From: a virus
Length of the DNA stretch: 21,353 bases
UHGV virus genome: UHGV-0143643
Direction: 5' to 3' (one strand)
A model generated the notes under the pieces. That model was not told the origin of the DNA, did not search any database, and saw nothing but the letters and a program-made list of their open reading frames with translations. Every line of letters begins with the position of its first letter. Position 1 is the stretch's first letter. This document shows positions 15,409 through 21,353 of this stretch, piece after piece. The translations under genes and the position numbers were made by a program.

Positions 15409-15910
15409 CGTGAGCCCTTTTTTTTGAACTATTATTAAAAAATGATGTCACTGCGCGATAAATATTCATCTAATCAATGTGATTATTTCAAGATGTAAGT
15501 TTTAGTTTCTCATTTAATTTGTGAAGTAGATCTCTATTTTTATCTGAACTTTTTCTATCGAAACCTATTTATGGCTCTTATTTGAACAAAAATAAATCTA
15601 TTAGCTAATTTATATTAATGGCTGTTATTTATGGTGGTTCTATAATTCGTCTGTTTAATTTAAACCAGCTAAAAATAACACTTGAAATTATTTATTGGTT
15701 ATTTGTTGAAGTTTTCTTATGTATTTGTGGTGATGTTTTGAACACTCGGTAGCATTCTCATAAATATCATTCAGTGGTTTACGTACGTAAAAAATTGGTT
15801 ATGCTGTTAAGAGTGGTTACTTCGTCACACAGCTTAAACCCGCCGTCGAGCTGGTTTTTCCATTTTTTGAGTCTCGATATTAGCTGATAACTCAATACCT
15901 GAGTTATTCA

Positions 15911-15943
15911 CTGACTCGGAGTCAGTTACGTTTCTGCTTTTTT
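15911..15943 (+). terminator. Hairpin CTGACTC-G-GAGTCAG followed by a T6 run upstream of the holin; possible tR'-like element
   Basis: Perfect 7-bp palindrome at 15911-15925 with TTTTTT at 15938-15943; spacing to the T-run is longer than ideal. Confidence 0.3.
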
Positions 15944-15996
15944 GCGATACGTTGTATTCCCTCAATTTACACCCGCTTTGTCTGCGAGGTGGGGTT

Positions 15997-16212
15997 ATGA
16001 AATTCATGGATAAGTTAACAACTGGAGTCGCCTATGGCACCTCAGCAGGTAGTGCCGGTTACTGGTTTTTACAGCTGCTCGATAAAGTCACTCCCTCACA
16101 GTGGGCAGCAATAGGTGTGCTGGGTAGCCTGGTATTTGGCCTGCTGACGTACCTGACAAACCTTTATTTCAAGATTAAAGAAGATAAGCGCAAGGCTGCG
16201 AGAGGTGAATAA
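15997..16212 (+). CDS. essD: Class II holin, phage 21 S-type pinholin with dual start (MKFMDK; 71 and 68 aa forms)
   Basis: [31 protein letters not shown]... recognised as S21/EssD; GAGGTG RBS; TAATG overlap with the endolysin start. The ORF track's longer start is not used. Confidence 0.9.
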   Translation: MKFMDKLTTGVAYGTSAGSAGYWFLQLLDKVTPSQWAAIGVLGSLVFGLLTYLTNLYFKIKEDKRKAARGE

Positions 16213-16709
16213 TGCCTCCATCATTACGAAAAGCCGTTGCTGCTGCTATTGGTGGCGGAGCAATTGCTATAGCATCAGTGTTAATCACTGGCCCAAGTGG
16301 TAACGATGGTCTGGAAGGTGTCAGCTACATACCATACAAAGATATTGTTGGTGTATGGACTGTATGTCACGGACACACCGGAAAAGACATCATGCTCGGT
16401 AAAACGTATACCAAAGCAGAATGCAAAGCACTCTTGAATAAAGACCTTGCCACTGTCGCCAGACAAATTAACCCGTATATCAAAGTCGATATACCGGAAA
16501 CAACGCGCGGCGCTCTTAACTCATTCGTTTACAACGTGGGTGCTGGCAATTTTAGAACATCGACGCTTCTTCGCAAAATAAACCAGGGCGATATCAAAGG
16601 CGCATGTGATCAGCTGCGTCGCTGGACATACGCTGGCGGTAAGCAATGGAAAGGCCTGATGACTCGTCGTGAGATTGAGCGTGAAGTCTGTTTGTGGGGG
16701 CAACAGTGA
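16212..16709 (+). CDS. rrrD: SAR endolysin (phage 21 R-type lysozyme, GH24 T4-lysozyme fold)
   Basis: N-terminal signal-anchor-release segment [20 protein letters not shown]; catalytic region [23 protein letters not shown]. Confidence 0.95.
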   Translation: MPPSLRKAVAAAIGGGAIAIASVLITGPSGNDGLEGVSYIPYKDIVGVWTVCHGHTGKDIMLGKTYTKAECKALLNKDLATVARQINPYIKVDIPETTRGALNSFVYNVGAGNFRTSTLLRKINQGDIKGACDQLRRWTYAGGKQWKGLMTRREIEREVCLWGQQ

Positions 16710-17167
16710 GTAGAGTAACCGCGATTATATCCGCTCTGATTATCTGCATCATCGTCAGCCTGTCATGGGCGGTCAATCATTACCGTGATAACGCAATCGC
16801 CTACAAAGTCCAGCGCGACAAAAATGCCAGAGAACTGAAGCTAGCGAACGCGGCAATTACTGACATGCAGATGCGTCAGCGTGATGTTGCTGCGCTCGAT
16901 GCAAAATACACGAAGGAGTTAGCTGATGCTAAAGCTGAAAATGATGCTCTGCGTGATGATGTTGCCGCTGGTCGTCGTCGGTTGCACATCAAAGCAGTCT
17001 GTCAGTCAGTGCGTGAAGCCACCACCGCCTCCGGCGTGGATAATGCAGCCTCCCCCCGACTGGCAGACACCGCTGAACGGGATTATTTCACCCTCAGAGA
17101 GAGGCTGATCACTATGCAAAAACAACTGGAAGGAACCCAGAAGTATATTAATGAGCAGTGCAGATAG
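16706..17167 (+). CDS. rzpD: Spanin inner-membrane subunit Rz (153 aa from GTG 16706; an alternative GTG start lies at 16694)
   Basis: N-terminal TM segment, coiled-coil body, C-terminal ...YINEQCR; overlaps the endolysin stop. Confidence 0.9.
   Translation: MSRVTAIISALIICIIVSLSWAVNHYRDNAIAYKVQRDKNARELKLANAAITDMQMRQRDVAALDAKYTKELADAKAENDALRDDVAAGRRRLHIKAVCQSVREATTASGVDNAASPRLADTAERDYFTLRERLITMQKQLEGTQKYINEQCR
16926..17108 (+). CDS. rzoD: Spanin outer-membrane lipoprotein Rz1, embedded in the +1 frame of Rz (60 aa)
   Basis: Lipobox LVVVGC followed by a proline-rich segment ([15 protein letters not shown]); entirely inside Rz. Confidence 0.85.
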   Translation: MLKLKMMLCVMMLPLVVVGCTSKQSVSQCVKPPPPPAWIMQPPPDWQTPLNGIISPSERG

Positions 17168-17198
17168 AGCTGACCATATCGATGGGCAACTCATGCAA

Positions 17199-17492
17199 TT
17201 ATTTTGAGCAATACACACGCGCTTCCAGCGGAGTATAAATGCCTAAAGTAATAAAACCGAGCAATCCATTTACGAATGTTTGCTGGGTTTCTGTTTTAAC
17301 AACATTTTCTGCGCCGCCACAAATTTTAGCTGCATCGACAGTTTTCTTCTGCCCAATTCCAGAAACGAAGAAATGATGGGTGATGGTTTCCTTTGGTGCT
17401 ACTGCTGTCTGTTTGTTTTGAACAGTAAATGTCTGTTGAGCACATCCTGTAATAAGCAGGGCCAGCGCAGTAGCGAGTAGCATTTTTTTCAT
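17199..17492 (-). CDS. borD: Bor lipoprotein (serum-resistance-associated prophage moron, 97 aa)
   Basis: Lipoprotein signal MKKMLLATALALLITGC; recognised as Bor. Confidence 0.95.
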   Translation of the reverse strand: MKKMLLATALALLITGCAQQTFTVQNKQTAVAPKETITHHFFVSGIGQKKTVDAAKICGGAENVVKTETQQTFVNGLLGFITLGIYTPLEARVYCSK

Positions 17493-17782
17493 GGTGTTAT
17501 TCCCGATGCTTTTTGAAGTTCGCAGAATCGTATGTGTAGAAAATTAAACAAACCCTAAACAATGAGTTGAAATTTCATATTGTTAATATTTATTAATGTA
17601 TGCCAGGTGCGATGAATCGTCATTGTATTCCCGGATTAACTATGTCCACAGCCCTGACGGGGAACTTCTCTGCGGGAGTGTCCGGGAATAATTAAAAACG
17701 ATGCACACAGGGTTTAGCGCGTACATGTATTGTATTATGCCAACACCCCGGTGCTGACACGGAAGAAACCGGACGTTATGAT

Positions 17783-18193
17783 TTAGCGTGGAAAGATTTG
17801 TGTAGTGTTCTGAATGCTCTCAGTAAATAGTAATGAATTATCAAAGGTATAGTAATATCTTTTATGTTCGTGGATATTTGTAATCCATCGGAAAACTCCT
17901 GCTTTAGCAAGATTTTCCCTGTATTGCTGAAATGTGATTTCTCTTGATTTCAACCTATCATAGGACGTTTCTATAAGATGCGTATTTCTTGAGAATTTAA
18001 CATTTACAACCTTTTTAAGCCCTTTTATTAACACGGTGTTATCGTTTTCTAACACAATGTGAATATTATCTGTGGCTAGATAGTAAATATAATGTGAGAC
18101 ATTGTGACGTTTTAGTTCAGAATAAAACAATTCACAGTTTAAATCTTTTCGCACTTGATCGAATATTTCTTTAAAAATGGCAACCTGAGCCAT
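17783..18193 (-). CDS. ybcV: DUF1398-family prophage protein YbcV-like (136 aa from the GGAAGG-preceded ATG; the ORF continues upstream to 18316)
   Basis: Start chosen at [11 protein letters not shown] with RBS GGAAGG 7 nt upstream; DLP12 gene order bor-ybcV-ybcW-ylcI. Confidence 0.75.
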   Translation of the reverse strand: MAQVAIFKEIFDQVRKDLNCELFYSELKRHNVSHYIYYLATDNIHIVLENDNTVLIKGLKKVVNVKFSRNTHLIETSYDRLKSREITFQQYRENLAKAGVFRWITNIHEHKRYYYTFDNSLLFTESIQNTTQIFPR

Positions 18194-18478
18194 TGGTAAA
18201 ACCTTCCATGTGATACGAGGGCGCGTAGTTTGCATTATCGTTTTTATCGCTTCAATCTGGTCTGACCTCTTTGTGTTTTGTTGATGATTTATGTCAAATA
18301 TTAGGAATGTTTTCAATTAATAGTATTGGTTGCGTAACAAAGTGCGGTCCTGCTGGCATTCTGGAGGGAAATACAACCGACAGATGTATGTAAGGCCAAC
18401 GTGCTCAAACCTTCATACAGAAAGATTTGAAGTAATATTTTAACCGCTAGATGAAGAGCAAGCGCATGGAGCGACAAA

Positions 18479-18685
18479 ATGAATAAAGAACAATCTGCTG
18501 ATGATCCCTCCGTGGATCTGATTCGTGTAAAAAATATGCTTAATAGCACCATTTCTATGAGTTACCCTGATGTTGTAATTGCATGTATAGAACATAAGGT
18601 GTCTCTGGAAGCATTCAGGGCAATTGAGGCAGCGTTGGTGAAGCACGATAATAATATGAAGGATTATTCCCTGGTGGTTGACTGA
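18479..18685 (+). CDS. ybcW: Small prophage protein YbcW-like (68 aa)
   Basis: ORF of expected size and position, divergent from ybcV. Confidence 0.7.
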
Positions 18686-18849
18686 TCACCATAACTGCTA
18701 ATCATTCAAACTACTTAACCTGTGACAGAGCCAACACGCAGTCTGTCACTGTCAGGAAAGTGGTAAAACTGCAACTCAATTACTGCAATGCCCTCGTAAT
18801 TAAGTGAATTTACAATATCGTCCTGTTCGGAGGGAAGAACGCGGGATGT

Positions 18850-19044
18850 TCATTCTTCATCACTTTTAATTGATGTATATGCTCTCTTTTCTGACGTTAG
18901 CCTCCGACGGCAGGCTTCAATGACCCAGGCTGAGAAATTCCCGGACCCTTTTTGCTCAAGAGCGATGTTAATTTGTTCAATCATTTGGTTAGGAAAGCGG
19001 ATGTTGCGGGTTGTTGTTCTGCGGGTTCTGTTCTTAGTTGACAT
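18850..19044 (-). CDS. ylcI: Small basic prophage protein YlcI-like (64 aa)
   Basis: ORF of expected size and position; Arg-rich N-terminus (MSTKNRTRRTTTRNIRFPNQ). Confidence 0.7.
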   Translation of the reverse strand: MSTKNRTRRTTTRNIRFPNQMIEQINIALEQKGSGNFSAWVIEACRRRLTSEKRAYTSIKSDEE

Positions 19045-19243
19045 GAGGTTGCCCCGTATTCAGTGTCGCTGATTTGTATTGTCTGAAGTTGTTTTTACGT
19101 TAAGTTGATGCAGATCAATTAATACGATACCTGCGTCATAATTGATTATTTGACGTGGTTTGATGGCGTAGATGCACGTTGTGACATGTAGATGATAATT
19201 ATTATCATTTTGTGGGTCCTTTCCGGCGATCCGACAGGTTACG

Positions 19244-19255
19244 GGGCGGCGACCT
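19244..19255. other. Lambda-type cosN cohesive-end sequence GGGCGGCGACCT, followed by cosB-like sequence up to the Nu1 start
   Basis: The 12-nt lambda cohesive end and the downstream lambda left-end sequence (CGCGGGTTTTCGCTATTTATGAAAATTTTCCGGTTTAAGGCG...) are recognised directly. Confidence 0.85.
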
Positions 19256-19432
19256 CGCGGGTTTTCGCTATTTATGAAAATTTTCCGGTTTAAGGCGTTT
19301 CTGTTCTTCTTCGTCGTAACTTAATGTTTTTATTTAAAATACCCCCTGAAAAGAAAGGAAACGACAGGTGCTGAAAACGAACTTTTGGGCCTTTGTCGTT
19401 TCCTTTCTCTGTTTTTGGCCGTGGAATGAACA

Positions 19433-19996
19433 ATGGAAGTCAACAAAAAGCAGCTGGCTGACATTTTCGGTGCGAGTATGCGTGGCTGGACGATTAAGGG
19501 CAAACCTGCCAGTGGTCGAGCCGTATTATCTCAGGAACAGGACGGCATTAAATCGCACACCCACAGCGCCAGCGCATCCAGTACGGATTTGGGGACGAAA
19601 ACCACATCGTCGTTTGATTACGGCACTAAATCCACGAATAACACCGGGGCACATACACACAGTGTGAGCGGCTCTACAAACTCGGCTGGAGCACACACAC
19701 ACTCACTAGCCAACGTGAACACGGCTAGTGCTAACTCCGGTGCTGGTAGTGCATCAACAAGATTGTCTGTTGTGCATAATCAAAACTATGCAACATCATC
19801 TGCTGGCGCACATACCCACTCACTGTCCGGCACTGCTGCAAGCGCAGGTGCACACGCACATACTGTCGGTATTGGTGCTCATACGCACTCGGTTGCGATT
19901 GGCTCACATGGACACACCATCACCGTTAACGCTGCTGGTAACGCGGAAAACACCGTCAAAAACATCGCATTTAACTACATTGTGAGGCTTGCATAA
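19433..19996 (+). pseudogene. Deletion fusion: first 15 codons of terminase small subunit Nu1/NohD ([15 protein letters not shown]) joined in frame to the C-terminal tip of a side tail-fibre protein with GAHTHS His-rich repeats
   Basis: Lambda Nu1 start recognised exactly up to GGTGCGAGTAT (about 19479), after which the sequence is a tail-fibre C-terminus; all head and tail genes between are missing. Confidence 0.75.
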
Positions 19997-20580
19997 TGGC
20001 ATTCAGAATGAGTGAACAACCACGGACCATAAAAATTTATAATCTGCTGGCCGGAACTAATGAATTTATTGGTGAAGGTGATGCATATATTCCGCCTCAT
20101 ACAGGTCTGCCAGCAAACAGTACCGATATTGCACCGCCAGATATTCCGGCAGGCTTCGTGGCTGTTTTCAACAGTGATGAGGCATCGTGGCATCTCGTTG
20201 AAGACCATCGGGGTAAAACGGTTTATGACGTAGCGTCAGGGGACGCGTTATTTATTTCTGAACTCGGTCCGTTACCGGAAAATGTTACCTGGTTATCGCC
20301 GGAAGGGGAGTTTCAGAAGTGGAACGGCACAGCCTGGGTGAAAGATGCAGAAGCAGAAAAACTGTTCCGGATCCGAGAGGCGGAAGAAACAAAAAACAGC
20401 CTGATGCAGGTAGCCAGTGAGCATATTGCGCCACTTCAGGATGCTGTGGATCTGGAAATCGCAACGGAGGAAGAAACCTCATTGCTGGAAGCCTGGAAAA
20501 AGTATCGGGTGTTGCTGAACCGTGTTGATACATCAACTGCACCTGATATTGAGTGGCCTACGAACCCTGTCAGGGAGTAA
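19996..20580 (+). CDS. Tail fibre assembly protein (Tfa family, 194 aa)
   Basis: TAATG coupling to the tail-fibre fragment; Tfa-like sequence ([43 protein letters not shown]...). Confidence 0.9.
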   Translation: MAFRMSEQPRTIKIYNLLAGTNEFIGEGDAYIPPHTGLPANSTDIAPPDIPAGFVAVFNSDEASWHLVEDHRGKTVYDVASGDALFISELGPLPENVTWLSPEGEFQKWNGTAWVKDAEAEKLFRIREAEETKNSLMQVASEHIAPLQDAVDLEIATEEETSLLEAWKKYRVLLNRVDTSTAPDIEWPTNPVRE

Positions 20581-20594
20581 TCATTGGGATTATG

Positions 20595-20643
20595 CCGCAG
20601 CACGTCTTAAGCAAGAACGTGCTGCGGTTGGATGCTATTTTTT
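20595..20643 (+). terminator. Hairpin (11-bp perfect stem) plus T-run between the convergent tfa and methyltransferase genes
   Basis: CCGCAGCACGT (20595-20605) pairs with ACGTGCTGCGG (20617-20627); TTTTTT at 20638-20643. Confidence 0.35.
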
Positions 20644-21303
20644 CCCTGAAGCGGAAAACATTACTACAGTACCTTGAACCTTGGTTTTAACATTCTCGAA
20701 ATGCTCTGAGAGTATATGTGTTAAGCCTTCTTCGGAATCTTTTGTGTTTGAAAAGATGCCTTTCTGATTGTAAATGCGCATCAGTTTTTGACCGAAGCTA
20801 TTGTGCACAACTCCATCGCCAAGAATTGTGGCTCCGTATAGAGTTCCATCGTCAGTTAAGGCCTGCGCCGCATTGCGTATTACACAGCTTTTTGTAGATA
20901 TATTTCCAGGCAGGCAGTGAAGAAGGTAAAACATGGAAATGGAATCAAATTGACCATGTAACGCCGCGGGATAAGGTTCAAAAACATCATGGCTAATTTT
21001 ATGTTTAATTTTTGATTCCCCAGCCCTTGTAGATGCCGCGTTCAGGCTAGCTTCGTTCAAATCCATTAAAGATATCAGACTACTCTCAGGTACGTGAGTA
21101 AGGTAAAACCCAGTTCCAACACCAATATCCAGATGGTTGTTACCTAAATGTTCCAGAAAGTGTGGAAGAAGGTGTTCCTTTGTAGGACATCCCCATGCAA
21201 GCCGATTTGATACTCCCAAAACCCACCAGTCATAAAGCTTTAGGGTAAGTGGTGTGTAAATTTTAGCCCCATCATCTGTGTTTTTTTTCATTAATTTCAC
21301 CAT
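20635..21303 (-). CDS. ybcY: Class I SAM-dependent methyltransferase (YbcY-like, 222 aa)
   Basis: Motif I LDIGVGTGFY; size and position after tfa as in DLP12-type prophages. Confidence 0.85.
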   Translation of the reverse strand: MVKLMKKNTDDGAKIYTPLTLKLYDWWVLGVSNRLAWGCPTKEHLLPHFLEHLGNNHLDIGVGTGFYLTHVPESSLISLMDLNEASLNAASTRAGESKIKHKISHDVFEPYPAALHGQFDSISMFYLLHCLPGNISTKSCVIRNAAQALTDDGTLYGATILGDGVVHNSFGQKLMRIYNQKGIFSNTKDSEEGLTHILSEHFENVKTKVQGTVVMFSASGKK

Positions 21304-21353
21304 GTTATAGTTTTATTTGTGAATTAAATCAATTATGGCGATGAATTACAAGG

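Larger units (their letters stand above)
8712..21353. mobile_element. Defective lambdoid (DLP12-like) prophage, right arm: early-right genes, replication, nin-like region, Q, nmpC, lysis, bor, cos, tail-fibre remnants; continues past the window end
   Basis: Gene content and order; no head or tail morphogenesis genes. Confidence 0.85.

Noticed and set aside
18722-18749. Hairpin GTGACAGA / TCTGTCAC between convergent ybcW and ylcI
   Set aside because: No U-tract on either strand, so not called as a terminator; it could be a protein-binding palindrome but there is no supporting evidence.
19368-19985. ORFs 19368..19667 and 19728..19985 (alternate frames across cos and the tail-fibre fragment) and 19975..20208 / 20285..20542 (minus strand in tfa)
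   Set aside because: Overlap recognised lambda cos and Nu1 sequence or the tail-fibre and Tfa frames; composition is His/Leu/Pro-rich from frame-shifted repeats.

Overview
This window reads as an enterobacterial (E. coli-type) chromosome segment: the distal end of the sfm fimbrial operon (sfmH, sfmF), fimZ and tRNA-Arg(UCU) (argU), with a defective lambdoid, DLP12-like prophage integrated at the tRNA. All calls are made by eye from the sequence and from recalled protein families; no searches were run. The prophage carries an integrase and excisionase-like gene, a YfdP/Q/R/S/T-like early block, a cI-like S24 repressor with operator dyads, a replication initiator with in-gene iterons, PerC-like and LexA-DBD-only regulators, RusA, KilA-N, DUF968, antiterminator Q, the nmpC porin moron, a phage-21-type lysis cassette (dual-start holin, SAR endolysin, Rz/Rz1), bor, ybcV, ybcW, ylcI, a lambda-type cos site, a Nu1-start/tail-fibre-tip fusion, Tfa and a methyltransferase. 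The most striking observation is structural: a 7,969-bp block (about 743..8711) is inverted relative to the arrangement that would give an intact sfmH and an intact Cro-like gene, and both junctions fall inside those two genes. The best candidate for an undescribed function is a convergent moron next to the repressor (1951..2442, minus strand) encoding a coiled-coil protein with an MqsA/YgiT-like zinc ribbon, adjacent to a GC-rich structured leader and strong terminator in a left operon that has no N-like gene. Other leads are a near-consensus LexA box inside the repressor gene together with a prophage-encoded LexA DNA-binding-domain-only protein, and a possible frameshift or overlapping gene pair at 9414..9772.
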